Assembly (NCBI RefSeq): GCF_028641065.1
Contig: NC_073380.1
Coordinates: 89,528,001 to 89,592,000 of the forward strand
Length of the DNA: 64,000 nt
Direction: 5' to 3'
DNA from: Leucoraja erinacea
Lineage: Eukaryota
Under the pieces are notes generated by a model. The model was not told where the DNA came from and searched no databases. It saw only the letters and a program-made list of their open reading frames with translations. Shown here one piece after another: positions 13,321-25,544 of the stretch. Numbering within the stretch: the stretch's first letter is position 1; every line of letters starts with the position of its first letter. Both the position numbers and the translations under genes were made by a program.

Positions 13321-15188
13321 TGAGGTTGCTTTGGCAAGTAAGGTGAAAGTAAATCCAAAGGGTTTCTACAGCTATATTAATAGCAAAAGGATAACGAGGG
13401 ATAAAGTTGGTCCATTAGAGAGTCAGAGTGGACAGCTATCTGCAGAGCCAAAAGAGATGGGGGAGATATTGAACAATTTCTTTTCTTCGGTATTCACCAA
13501 GGAGAAGGATATTGAATTATGTGAGGTAAGGGAAACAAGTAGAGTAGCTATGGAAACTATGAGGATCAAAGAAGAGGAAGTACTGACACTTTTGAGAAAT
13601 ATAAAAGTGGATAAGTCTCCAGGTCCGGACAGGATATTCCCTAGGACATTGAGGGAAGTTAGTGTAGAAATAGCAGGGGCTATGACAGAAATATTTCAAA
13701 TGTCATTAGAAACGGGAATAGTGCCGGAGGATTGGCGTACTGTGCATGTTGTTCCATTGTTTAAAAAGGGGTCTAAGAGTAAACCTAGCAATTATAGACC
13801 TGTTAGTTTGACGTCGGTGGTGGGCAAATTAATGGAAAGGATACTTAGAGATAATTTATATAAGCATCTGGATAAACAGGGTCTGATTAGGAACAGTCAA
13901 CATGGATTTGTGCCTGGAAGGTCATGTTTGACTAATCTTCTTGAATTTTTTGAAGAGGTTATTTGGGAAATTGATGTGGGTAAAGCAGTGGAAGTTGTAT
14001 ATATGGACTTCAGTAAGGCCTTTGATGAGGTTCCTCATGGAGGTTGGTTAAGAAGGTTCAATGGTTGGGTATTAATGGTGGAGTAGCAAGATGGATTCAA
14101 CAGTAGCCGAATGGGAGATGCCAGAGAGTAATGGTGGATGGTTGTTTGTCAGGTTGGAGGCCAGTGACTAGTGGGGTTCCACAGGGATCTGTGTTGGGTC
14201 CACTGTTGTTTGTCATGTACATCAATGATCTGGATGATGGTGTGGTAAATTGGATTAGTAAGTATGCAGATGATACTAAGATAGGTGGGGTTGTGGATAA
14301 TGAAGTAGATTTTCAAAGTCTACAGAGAGATTTATGCCAGTTGGAAGAGTGGGCTGAAAGATGGCAAATGGAGTTTAATGCTGATAAGTGTGAGGTCCTA
14401 CATCTTGGCAGGACAAATCAAAATAGGACGTACATGGTAAATGGTAGGGAATTGAAGAATGCAGGAGAACAGAGGGATCTGGGAATAACTGTGCACAGTT
14501 CCCTGAGAGTGGAATCTCATGTAGATAGGGTGGTAAAGAAAGCTTTTGGAGTGCTGGCCTTTATAAATCAGATCATTGAGTATAGAAGTTGGGATGTAAT
14601 GTTAAAATTGTACAAGGCATTGGTGAGGCCCATTTTGGAGTATGGTGTACAATTTTGGTCACCTAATTATAGGAAGGATGTCAACAAAATAGAGAGAGTG
14701 CAGAGGAGATTTACTAGAATGTTGCCTGGGTTTCAGCAACTAAGTTACAGAGAAAGGTTGAACAAGTTAGGGCTTTATTCTTTGGAGCGCAGAAGGTTAA
14801 GGGGGGACTTGATCGAGGTCTTTAAAATGATGAGAGGGATAGACAGAGTTGATGTGGATAAGCTTTTCCCACTGAGAGTAGGGAAGATTCTAACAAGGGG
14901 ACATGACTTGAGAATTAAGGGACAGAAGTTTAGGGGTAACATGAGGGGGAACTTCTTTACTCAGAGAGTGGTGGCTGTGTGGAATGAGCTTCCAGTGAAG
15001 GTGGTGGAGGCAGGTTCGTTTTTATCATTTAAAAATAAATTGGATAGTTATATGGACGGGAAAGGAATGGAGGGTTATGGTCTGAGCGCAGGTATATGGG
15101 ACTAGGGGAGAATATGTGTTCGGCACGGACTAGACGGGTCGAGATGGCTTGTTTCCATGCTGTAATTGTTATATGGTTATATGGTTAT
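13321..15188 (+). mobile_element. CR1 LINE, 3' 1.9 kb (RT domain), lightly disrupted
   Basis: ORFs 13250-14086 and 14131-15105 contain NYRPVSLTS, QHGF, YMDFSKAFD, GVPQGSVLGPLLF and YADD. One frameshift near 14040 and a stop near 14104. Tail is (ttatatgg)n. Confidence 0.97.
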
Positions 15189-16154
15189 TGGCAGCTTTTC
15201 TGACGTTCTTCAACTATATCCTAATGTACTTATGTGATCCCTGTTTACTCAATACGAAGCCAAGCTTCCTAATCCCTCAGTTGTCTGAGTGTTCCGGGAC
15301 CTAAAATGTCTCTGTTCACCTCTTTGGTCTTTCTCCATATTTTCACTGAATCTTCACGAGTCAAGGATGTTTTATTTTCATATATCCCAGATAGAACAAT
15401 GAAATTCGTACTTGAAATGAAATCCTGCTGATAATGTGAAAATGTAACAATACAAATAGGTTTCCAAGATTTGGGCAATGATGAAGAATAAACACTTAAT
15501 CATATAAGATTAAAAATAAACCAATTTAAATTGCATGGTAAATGGTAGCGAATTGAAGAATGCAGTTGAACAGAGGGATCTAGGAATAACTGCATAGTTC
15601 CCTCAAGGTGGAATCTCATGTAGATAGGGTGGGAAAGAAAACTTTTGGTGTGGTAGCCTTTATAAATCAGAGCATTGAGTATAGAAGTTGGGATGTAATG
15701 TTAAAATAGTACAAGGCATTAGTGAGACCAATTCTGGAGTATGGTGTACAATTTTGGTCGCCTAATTATAGTTGCTGAAGTCCAGGCAACATTCTAGTGA
15801 GAGTACAGAGGAGATTTACTAGAATGTTGCCTGGACTTCAGCAACTAAGTTACAGAGAAAGGTTGAACAAGTTAGGTCTTTATTCTTTGGAGCGCAGAAG
15901 GTTAAGGGGGAGACTTGATGGAGGTCTTTAAAATGATGTGAGGGATTAACAGAGTTGACATGGATAAACATTTCCCATTGAGAGTAGGGAAGATTCAAAC
16001 AAAAGGACATGACTTCAGAATTAAGGGACAGAAGTTTAGGGGTAACATGAGGGAGAACTTCTTTACTCAGAGAGTGGTAGCTGTGTGGAATGAGCTTCCA
16101 GTGGAAGTGATAGAGGCAGGTTCGATTTTATCATTTAAAAATAAATTGGATAGG

Positions 16155-16457
16155 TGTTGACATATATGAAAATATGCTCTCAATTGTAAAGAAGTTAATC
16201 TTAATGTTGTATTGTTACTCAAGACAATCTTGGTGCAGGTAGTGAATGACTGACAATGATAGCAGCCAATAGTAACTGACAATGATAACAGCCAATGAGA
16301 GGTACTGTAATTGATGTGTGAGCAAGTGTGTAAATAAAGTTTCTCTTCCAGTTTGAACAAGATGGATGCCCCACTGTGTTTTTTACTGCTCTGAATTATC
16401 TTCGGTCTAGCACTGGGTAGGCTGCAAGAATCGCTGCACAATGCACCTCTGCCAACA
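16155..16457 (+). repeat. Copia 5' LTR (303 bp)
   Basis: Direct repeat of 19887-20188 (one 1-nt indel seen). Contains a duplicated CCAAT-bearing motif and AATAAA at 16333. Confidence 0.97.
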
Positions 16458-16471
16458 GGTTATGGGCCCAG
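16458..16471 (+). promoter_or_regulatory. Primer-binding site GGTTATGGGCCCAG (internal half-tRNA-iMet type)
   Basis: Immediately follows the LTR. Complementary to the tRNA-iMet anticodon arm (CTGGGCCCATAACC), as in Drosophila copia. Confidence 0.9.
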
Positions 16472-16579
16472 CTTTAGCCAGCTTTACCTAGAGTTACACA
16501 GAGGTACCCAGAGACAGTTACCCAGGGATTTACCACCGAGAGAAACGTCCGGTGAGAGTTAACTTGCTAAGCTAGCACC

Positions 16580-19500
16580 ATGAGTAGACGGAGCACCCAG
16601 TCGAGTAGCTGCTGGTCTCGGCTAGTTTTTGACGGAGATGAAAAGAACTATGAGCTGTGGGAGACTAAATTTTTGGGCCATCTTCGGTTACAAGGGCTAA
16701 AGGATACCATCTTGGAAGAGCCTACCGACAATGAAGAAGGAGACGAGGCCAAAAATGCAGAGGCATATGCTGAGCTAATCCAGTTTCTGGATGACAAGAG
16801 TTTGTCGCTGGTAATGCGAGAAGCAGCAGACGATGGGCGGAAAGCGCTAACTATTTTGAGAGATTATTATGCGGGTAAGGGAAAGCCACGTGTAATAAGT
16901 CTGTATACAGAACTGACTTCACTTCAAAAGTTGAGCAGCGAGAGTGTAACTGAATATGTTATAAGGGCAGAGACAGCCATCACAGCATTGAGAAACGCTG
17001 GTGAGGTATTGAGTGACGGACTGTTAATTGCAATGATTCTGAAGGGACTGCCTGAATCTTTCAAACCATTTGCTATCCATGTCACGCAAAGTGAGCAGGC
17101 AATGCCTTTTGCCGAATTTAAAACTAAATTACGGAGCTATGAAGACACGGAAAAGATGCGTGCAGCAGCATCCGACGACAATGTCATGAAGGCACGTGTG
17201 CAACCGAGTGTGAGACCCGACACGACAAGTACAAGTGCGGAGAGAGCGGACATTGTGTGTTTCAGGTGTGGCCTAAAAGGACATAAAGCCAGAGCATGTC
17301 AACGCAAGCAGTGGTGTAGTCACTGTAAAAGCACCACACATCGGGACGCAACCTGCAGACGGAAACAGCGGCGGGACGACGCACGACAAGTTTCCGGGGA
17401 GACTAACAACAAGAAATATGCATTCCTGGTGAGTGAAATAGACGTGAAGATCCAGTCAGAGCGTGGAGTCGAGTTGAAAGGGCTGATGGTCGATACGGGG
17501 GCAACTTCGCATATCATCACTGATATAGCAAGGTTCAAGAAGTTCGACGTTATGTTCCAGTCCGAGACACACTGCGTGGAGTTGGCTGACGGCACAAGGT
17601 GTGATGGAGTCGCGGAGCGCAGAGGAGACGCGGAGGTTTGCTTGGTCGACAGCCAAGGGCGTCGCCACAACACAACACTGAGGCAGGCGTTGTACATCCC
17701 CTCATACCCGCAGGACATCTTCTCTGTAAAAGCAGCTACTTCCAGCAGAGCAACCGTAATCTTCAGGGACGGGGAAGACGTCCTACAACACAAGGACGGT
17801 ACAAAATTCCACATTCATGAGTACAACAGACTGTACTATTTGCACACGGTAAACGTTGAATGTGATGACCAATGTAAGAGCAGTTATGATATGCAGACAT
17901 GGCATGAGATTCTAGGGCACTGTAATTATGAAGATATTAAAAAATTACAGAATGTTGTTGAAGGTATGGCAATTAAGGGCAAAACAGACAAACCTGCTCT
18001 ACACTGTGAAGTGTGTACTCAGGGAAAGTTTATCCAAACTAGGAACAGAGACCCTGATGTAAGAGCCAAAGCAGCTTTGAAGTTGGTACACACAGATTTA
18101 GCGGGACCGATAGACCCAGAGTCCAGAGAGGGGTACAGGTTTGCGCTATCATTCACTGATGATTATTCCAGTGCAGTGTTTGTGTACTTTCTAAAGAATA
18201 AGAGTGACACAGTGCAAGCCACCGAGAGGTTTCTTGCTGACACAGCCCCATACGGGAAGATTAAATGTATGAGGTCTGACAATGGTACTGAATTTCATGG
18301 GAAAGAATTACCAGGCACTACTCAGCAGAAATTGCATTAGACATGAGACCTCAGCGCCATACTCACCACACCAGAATGGTACTGCTGAGCGAAATTGGCG
18401 CACCCTGTTTGACATGGCCAGGTGTATGCTAATAGAGAGTGAGTTACCTAAACAGTTTTGGACCTATGCAGTGCAGACAGCAGCTGTAGTGAGGAACAGA
18501 TGCTTTAACAAGCGCACAAAGCAGACTCCTTACTTGATGCTGACAAGAAAACGTCCCAACCTACCTAGGATGCAAAAGTTTGGGTCTGAGTGTTATGCCT
18601 ATAAACAGGACAAGAGAAAACTGGACTCAAAGTGTGAGAAGGGAATCTTTGTCGGGTACGACAAGAATAGCCCAGCTTACATGGTTTACTATCCTGACAA
18701 TGGGAAAGTAAAGAAGCACAGACTGGTGAAGTTTGTGACCAAAACAATTATAGAGAGGCAGACACAGACTGACATGACCCCCAGTGACGATGACTTTGAG
18801 GTGCAGAATAGGGCCAGTAGGATGAGAAAAAATACTGATGAGAGTCCAGGACATACTCAGGGCCAAGATCCAGTAACTAGGCCTGAGGTGAATAGCCAAG
18901 CACAGATAGGTGAAAACAAGCATGAGCCTGCACGTTACCCTTCTAGATTGAGGAAGAAACCAGGTTACTTAAGTGAATATGTAACTGGCAAGGCGAGTGA
19001 TGATCATGTAATGATTAACATAGATTATTGCTACAGATTGATGTGTAACATCCCCCTAACATTCAGGGAAGCTGTAACCTCAACTAACTCAAAGGAATGG
19101 GTTAACGCAATGCATGAGGAAATGCAGTCGCTGAGAGAAAATGACACATTTACCCTAACCAACTTGCCTGAGGGTAAGAAAGCAGTGGGGGGTAGATGGG
19201 TATATGCAATCAAGAACAATGAGGATGGATCTGATAAATACAAGGCACGGTATGTAGCCAAAGGATACAGTCAAATATTGGGTGTAGACTATGAGGAGAC
19301 ATTTTCTCCTACTGCTAACCTGACCAGTATCAGAGTGATGATGCAAAAAGCAGCACAGGAAAACCTGATTTTACATCAGATGGATGTCAAATCTGCCTAC
19401 GTACATGCATCAATAGATTGCGAGATTTCATGGAAAACCAAAAAGCAGCCCACCGTTGCACTGTCAACTTGTGAGGCTGAGTATATGGCGTTAGCCGCAA

Positions 19501-19796
19501 CACTACAAGAGTGTATGTACCTAGTACAATTACTAGAAGGTATTGATGGACATCAGTACCCAACACCCAAGGTTTATGAGGATAACCAGGGTACAATTGC
19601 GTTAGCAAAGAATCCTGTAAGTAGACAGAGGTGTAAGCATGTGGACATAAAATATCACTTTGTGAGGTCCACTGTGTATCATGGCAAAATAAGTTTGGAG
19701 TATTGCCCAACAGACCAGATGGTAGCAGATGTGATGACAAAACCTGCAACAAAATTTAAGTTGATGGAGTTTGCAAAGTTTATGTTTGGAGAGTAA
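16580..19796 (+). pseudogene. Copia gag-pol polyprotein (one frameshift at about 18293-18295, RT core deleted at about 19426)
   Basis: Two CCHC knuckles ([28 protein letters not shown]), protease [23 protein letters not shown], integrase HTDLAGP/SDNGTEF/QNGTAER, RT YKARYVAKGYSQ..QMDVKSAY, RNase H STCEAEY/YEDNQG/KHVDIKYHFVR/ADVMTK. Confidence 0.93.
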
Positions 19797-19886
19797 CCAT
19801 GTATGTAAAAGTCTACATGATGTAAGGTAGAAAACCTTAGGATGTTTTATTTTGAGTTAAGATAACAATGCGAGAGCAAGTGGGGG

Positions 19887-20188
19887 TGTTGACATATATG
19901 AAAATATGCTCTCAATTGTAAAGAAGTTAATCTTAATGTTGTATTGTTACTCAGACAATCTTGGTGCAGGTAGTGAATGACTGACAATGATAGCAGCCAA
20001 TAGTAACTGACAATGATAACAGCCAATGAGAGGTACTGTAATTGATGTGTGAGCAAGTGTGTAAATAAAGTTTCTCTTCCAGTTTGAACAAGATGGATGC
20101 CCCACTGTGTTTTTTACTGCTCTGAATTATCTTCGGTCTAGCACTGGGTAGGCTGCAAGAATCGCTGCACAATGCACCTCTGCCAACA
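19887..20188 (+). repeat. Copia 3' LTR (302 bp), preceded by PPT 19872-19886
   Basis: gagagcaagtggggg|TGTTGACA...GCCAACA. Confidence 0.97.
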
Positions 20189-20527
20189 ATAGTTATATGG
20201 ATGGGAAAGGAATGGAGGGTTAAGGTCTGAGTGCAGGTAGACGGGACTAGGGGAAAGTAAGTGTTTGGCATGGACTTGTAGGGCTGAGATGACCTGTTTC
20301 CGTGCTGTAATTGTTATATGGTTATATATTATGGTTATAGAGGGTAAAAACACAATAAAATAATGAGTTTTACACATCCTTAAATAATGAGTTTCACATA
20401 CCCTACATGTCAGGAATTTCTGACCACTGCTTTTTCTGGAGAGCTTGAGTCACAGTAATGTTCCGGATCTCGGCCCAAGGAGATATTCAGTGAGCTCACG
20501 TGTAGCATACTTTTATATAGTCACTAA

Positions 20528-21220
20528 AGGGCCTGTCCCACTTGCGTGTCCTTGGCATGCAAATTACGCAACCTCGTTGTCGCGTTGAGGTGCACGGGCA
20601 TTGTATGACCACGCGGGGCCGGTGCGGAGAGAAGTGCGGAGGGGTATGTAGTTGTGCGTGACATCGCGCGGGGCTCCGAAATCTTTGCAGCGAACAAAAT
20701 GTTCGCCCGCCAACGGCCTGTCGCGTTGCTGACGGCCAAAGTGGGACAGGCCCAAGAACCTGGCGCGACGCAACGTCTCACCTTCAACAGTAGCAGAAGT
20801 GGGCAAATGATCGCTGAGCTCGGACTGGGGCTCACGGCCGTTGCTGTCTGGATTCGCCCCCACTTCTACTCCCAGAGCGAGGCCAAGTAAATTGAAGATA
20901 GACACAAAATGCTGGAGTAACTCAGCGGGACCGGCAGCATCTCTGGAGTGAAGCAATGGGTGACGTTTCTGGTCAAGACCCTTCTTTCAGACTGAACAAG
21001 AGTCTCGACACGAAACATCACCCATTCCTTCTCTCCAGAGATGCTGCTGGGCCCGCTGAGTTACTTATGCATTTTGTGTCCATCTTCAAATGACGTCACA
21101 CGCTCCATACGGCTGTGCGGGCGAATGAAGTCGCGTGCGACCTTCGCGGGACCGTTGCGCCTCAACACGATCACGAGGTCGAGTAATTAGCTTGCCAAAG
21201 ACACGCAAGTAGGACGGGCT
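20528..21220. mobile_element. PIF/Harbinger-type MITE
   Basis: Imperfect TIRs of about 65 bp (agggcctgtcccacttgcgtgtc... / ...gacacgcaagtaggacgggct) flanked by TAA on both sides. CpG-rich. Confidence 0.75.
20892..21089. mobile_element. Inverted (foldback) Penelope pLTR pair nested in the MITE
   Basis: ttgaagatagacacaaaatgctggagtaactcagcggg... mirrored by ...cccgctgagttact..gcattttgtgtccatcttcaa. The pivot lies at the hammerhead-like core. Confidence 0.8.
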
Positions 21221-21544
21221 TAAGCCTGTGATTTTCCCCGAATCTATAAAGAAAAGCAAACGATGTTTCAAAACTAGCTATACTCCCCAGTACTGAAAAT
21301 AGGAGTTATTTTGTTAGATCAGAAATCAAGATAATCTGTCTTTAGCAAGAAAGGTTTGTCTTGTCTTACTGCCATATGTCTTTGTAGTTGCATTTTATGA
21401 GGTCTAGTTTTTCCAAGGAAGCAAAATTATTTTTCCGGGCTGCAATTTTGTTTTTTTAAGCAATCCTGCTTGCTTGATGTCAGTGCTGTTAGAAGACAAC
21501 TCAATTTTAGATAAAAAGCCTATTTTAACCATTACATTACACAA

Positions 21545-21900
21545 TGCTAGCAAATCAAAGGAGCTGGTCATCAACATCAGGAAATTGTGTGGAGTACATA
21601 CCCCAGTCTATATCAACGTGTTCAACTGTAGATGGTCATGAGCTTTTCTACGTGTGAATACCACCAACAATTTTTCCTATTCCAACCGCATTGGCATCAA
21701 GGCCAAGAATGCACAACAATGCCTCTGCTTCCTCAGAAGGTTTAGGAAACTTGGCATGTTTCCAATGCCTTTTACTAATTTCTACTGATGCACTGCAGAG
21801 AGCATCCTATCCGGATGGATCACAGTTTGGTACAGCATCTACTCTGCCCAAAGCTGCAAAACATTTCAGGGAGTTCTGACAGAGCCCATCCAACACTTAA
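21545..21900 (+). mobile_element. Rex1/Babar-type LINE fragment (old)
   Basis: aaggagctggtcatcaacatcagg...ttcctcagaaggtttaggaaacttggcatg, homologous to 61188 onward. Confidence 0.6.
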
Positions 21901-22314
21901 ACCATAATCTCTCCTCCTTATCTATCTCCTTCAGATGGAGATTGTTTGAATTGGCATCATAATCAACACAGATATTGTGGACCAAAGGCTTGCTCCTATA
22001 ATGTACTGTTCAATATATTTTATGCATATTGGCTATTCAGGCTGATAATTTACTACTCAATATTTGTTGCATATGAAGACTTGGCAGCCTTAAGTTCTTT
22101 TCCTTTAGTAATCAGGATTGTAAAACGCAGTGTACAGGCACCTGCTGGAGCTAGATTTGGGCACTTTTCAGCAAACTAGGCCTCAATATGCTATTTTCTG
22201 TAAATGCCTTCTGAGTGCTTTTCTTGACAAGTACGTGTCAGAGGTTATGGGGGGGAAGGCAGGAGAATGGGGTTAGGAGGGAGAGATAAATCAGCCATGA
22301 TTGAATGGATGAGT

Positions 22315-22560
22315 CCTTGCTGTCTCCTCCCCTTCCTCAGCCCCCCTGCTGTCTCCTCCCATCCCCCAGCCTTCGGGCTCCTCCTCCTTTTCCCTTTCTT
22401 GTCCCCACCCACCCCCGCCCCCGATCAGTCTGAAGAAGGGTTTCGGCGCGAAACGTTGCCTATTTCCTTCGCTCCATAGATGCTGCTGCACCCGCTGAGT
22501 TTCTCCAGCTTTTTTGTGTAACCTTCGATTCTCCAGCATCTGCAGTTCCCTCTTAAACAC
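22315..22560 (+). mobile_element. Penelope pLTR fragment inserted in a CR1 tail
   Basis: CTGAAGA-a-gggtttcggcgc-GAAAC-GTT at 22430-22457. Flanked by tgagt repeats (22310-22314 and 22561-22565). Confidence 0.75.
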
Positions 22561-22946
22561 TGAGTACACTTGATGTGCTGAATTACCTAATTCTACTCCT
22601 ATCCCTTATGACCATATGAATATGTAGATTAGAGATTATACAACCTGTAGATTGACAAACGCGTTCCTCCAAACTCTTTAAATCTTTTACAATGTGTCCA
22701 CTCCCCAAAAGATCAGTGATTTGCCGATCTTCCATTTACTAATCCTGTTGGAAGGGAACCTAATCTGTGCTGCCTTCAAAAATTGGTAATTTGGAGAAGT
22801 ATCAGTACTTACTGGTTTATCTTGTTGCCCAGTATTATTCTGACAAAGACTCTTGTTGCTTGTCCTTTATTATGCAACTCAATTTAATTAAGACGCCTGT
22901 TCAAATTTACATCTCAACCTGTTTCCCACTATTTATAAGTGCATTA

Positions 22947-23365
22947 AGGACCTGTCCCACTTAGGCGATTTTTTTTCTGCAACTGCCGGCGACTTTAACA
23001 GTCGTAGCAGGTTGCCGAAAAAGTGGCTACTGGACCCCCCCCCCCCCCACGACAAATGTCTACGACAACCTATTACTTAGTAGATGGCAAGCTACCGACA
23101 ACCAGCGACCCATTTGGACGTCCACCTACGACAATCTATGACCAAATAGGCGACAACCTACGATAACCAAAGTCAACCTACATCCACCCGCGACAAGCTA
23201 TGACAAACAACGACCCTGTCGGCGGCAATTGAAGCCAACTGAAGACAATCCAGTCGTCGGTACCTATCGCCGGTTGACGTAGGTAGTCGCCAATGGAATT
23301 CACCAAAGTCAGCACCTGGCAACAACCTGCGTCATCTTGGCGACAATCAATGACAGCAGGCGTTT
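22947..23365 (+). mobile_element. Harbinger-MITE-related fragment with internal cgacaacctacga repeats
   Basis: Starts tta|aggacctgtcccactt, similar to the 20528 TIR. No matching right TIR seen. Confidence 0.5.
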
Positions 23366-24239
23366 GAGTGATTCTAATGAAATATATCTGTAATCATCTG
23401 CAGTAAGAAGTAAAAATCATTTGTAGATTGCAGGTGACCTGGGTTCTCCAGGATTGCCTGAAGAATATCTGCAGGAGTGTTATTTCCATACGAAAAATTT
23501 CAAGCTCTATTTGCTATTAGTGACCTTTTTTGACTGTTAATCAAGCAACCTTAAAATAACTCTCTTCATCCCTCTTTTTTGTTCTTGTATGTTCTAAAAT
23601 GGTCCTTCAATGCACTCAGCAGCATCAACAACAATTCATTGTTTATCAATTATAAAGCATTATGCACAGTCTTTTTTTTTTTTTACTAACCCAGCTGGAA
23701 TTCCATTATAACTTGTGAAATTAGCAATACATACTATATATAGATCTGTACTTCAGGGGTTTCAAGATCGATTGATTTCTCTGTCATGAGATTTTCATCT
23801 ACCGAGTTATCAAAAACATTTTGTCGTAATGGAAATTATGCTGTTGTATGTCATTTCCATAGCAAGGATTAATCTGGTCATTGAGGTGGCCTTTGTGCCC
23901 TCAAAGTTATTAATAGTTTGTTATCTGGGATCTGCAATGCATAAAAGTATTATGTTGTAAATGCAGTTGTGCGTCTAATCTGAGATAACCGTCCCTTGAT
24001 TGACCTGTTGTTCTTTTGGAGAAAGTGATGCTTTAGAGTCCAGTTTTTTAAAATTGGAAATTACATTTATTTCAGTGGCATTTTGCTGTAATCAATTGTT
24101 GATAGGTTTTAAGTGTATAGAAAGCTTTTGTCAGTAAAGTCTATTGCCTGGGGCTTGCAACACCTCTTAGGTTGTCATGAGCACCAGAGCAGAAAGATAA
24201 AAGCACTAGATTTTAAATGTTTAGCTATCCTTGAATAAT

Positions 24240-24503
24240 AGAAACATAGAAAATAGGTGCAGGAGTAGGCCATTCGGCCCTTCGAGCCTGCGCCGCCCTT
24301 CAATATGATCATGGCTGATCATCCAACTCCGTATCCTGTACCTGCCTTCTCTCCATACCCCCGATCCCTTTAGCCACAAGGGGCACATCTAACTCCCTCT
24401 TAAATATAGCCAATGAACTGGCCTCAACTACCTTCTGTGGCAGAGAATTCCGGAGATTCCCCACTCTCTGTGTGAAAAATGTTTTTCTCTTCTCGGTCCT
24501 AAA
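24240..24503 (-). mobile_element. CR1 3' end
   Basis: Same sequence family as 8240-8505. Confidence 0.9.
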
Positions 24504-24998
24504 AGGCCACATTAACCTCCCATTTACCAACCCCTCCCCCTGTACACTCCCTCCCTGTTAATGAAGATTTCCATACCACCCCTGCCCTTTAGCCATGAAG
24601 GGCCACTCTACTCCCTCTTTTAATAGCCATGATTGCTTGCCTCAACTACCTTCTGTGGCAGAAAAGAAAAGGAACCCCCCGTCTTTGATTCCACACTCTG
24701 TAAATTGAATGTTAATAATGAAAAAAAGCCCCCCCCCCCCCCCCCTTATGGTATCCCCCGTCCCCCCCCCCCCCCCCCCCCCCCTCCTTTGTTTTTCTCT
24801 TCTCGGTCCTATAAAACTAATCCCCCCCCCCCCCCCGCTTGATTCACCACTCTCTGTGTAAATTGAATAATACACTATATTTTTTAATAGGTGATTGCTT
24901 GTCATAGGCATGGGAATGAAAAGGAGTCTTTCAGTCCAACTTGTCCACATGGACCAATATGTCCCATCTAAACTAATCACGCTTGCCCACATTTGGCA

Positions 24999-25285
24999 TG
25001 AAACCGCACTTGAATTTGGTGGCCTTGCACCCTGCTTGAAATGGCATTAAACTGCACTTGAATTTGGTGGCCTTGCACCCTGCTTGAAGTGGCAGGAAAC
25101 TGCACTTGAGTTTGGTGGCCCTGCACCTTGCTTGAAGTGGTAGGAAACTGCACTTGAGTTTGATGGCCCTGCATGTGCTGCTTGAAGTGGTATGAAACTG
25201 CACTTGAATTTGGTGGCCTTGCACCCTGCTTGAAGTGGTAGGAAACTGCACCTGAACTTGGTGGCCTTGCACCCTGCTTGAAATG
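24999..25285. repeat. Minisatellite with a unit of about 48 bp, about 6 copies
   Basis: Unit aaactgcacttgaatttggtggccttgcaccctgcttgaagtggtagg, repeated. Confidence 0.9.
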
Positions 25286-25544
25286 GAATTTCGAAGAATA
25301 GCCGTGAGTCAACTGCTAATTCACAGTGAGTGAGCTGCCAGCACATCAGGCTTGGGTGACTGAGGTGCCACCACAAGGTCCATAATAGCCCTCTGGAAAC
25401 CAGTCCCTTCAGCCCACAATACCCATACTAGCGCTCCAGAAAGCGCCCCCCCACTGGCCACCAATATTGGAATTGGTGGAGAGGTGGAATATTGCCCAGC
25501 CCTCCCGTGTGAACATGGGACCCAATTGGTCCCACTTAGTCTAG
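24999..25544 (+). mobile_element. Helitron-like non-autonomous element, 3' part
   Basis: Ends with hairpin gggacc-caatt-ggtccc, then acttagtCTAG|T (25517-25545). Confidence 0.6.

Larger units (their letters stand above)
16155..20188 (+). mobile_element. Ty1/Copia LTR retrotransposon, internally deleted in RT
   Basis: TGTTG...CAACA LTRs, PBS, PPT, gag-PR-IN-RT-RH domain order, and a 5-bp TSD ATAGG/ATAGT (1 mismatch). Confidence 0.97.
15533..20335 (+). mobile_element. CR1 3' fragment split by the Copia insertion (15533-16154 and 20189-20335)
   Basis: Colinear with 14432-15188. Interrupted at aaataaattggatag^ttatatgga. Confidence 0.92.

Noticed and set aside
18282-18340. Programmed frameshift in Copia
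   Set aside because: It falls in the middle of the integrase core (GTEF|MGK) and is explained by one extra T, so it is a mutation or sequencing error.
24999-25285. Regular repeats resembling a CRISPR array or a repeat-protein ORF
   Set aside because: Contiguous tandem units without unique spacers in a vertebrate intron; it is a minisatellite.
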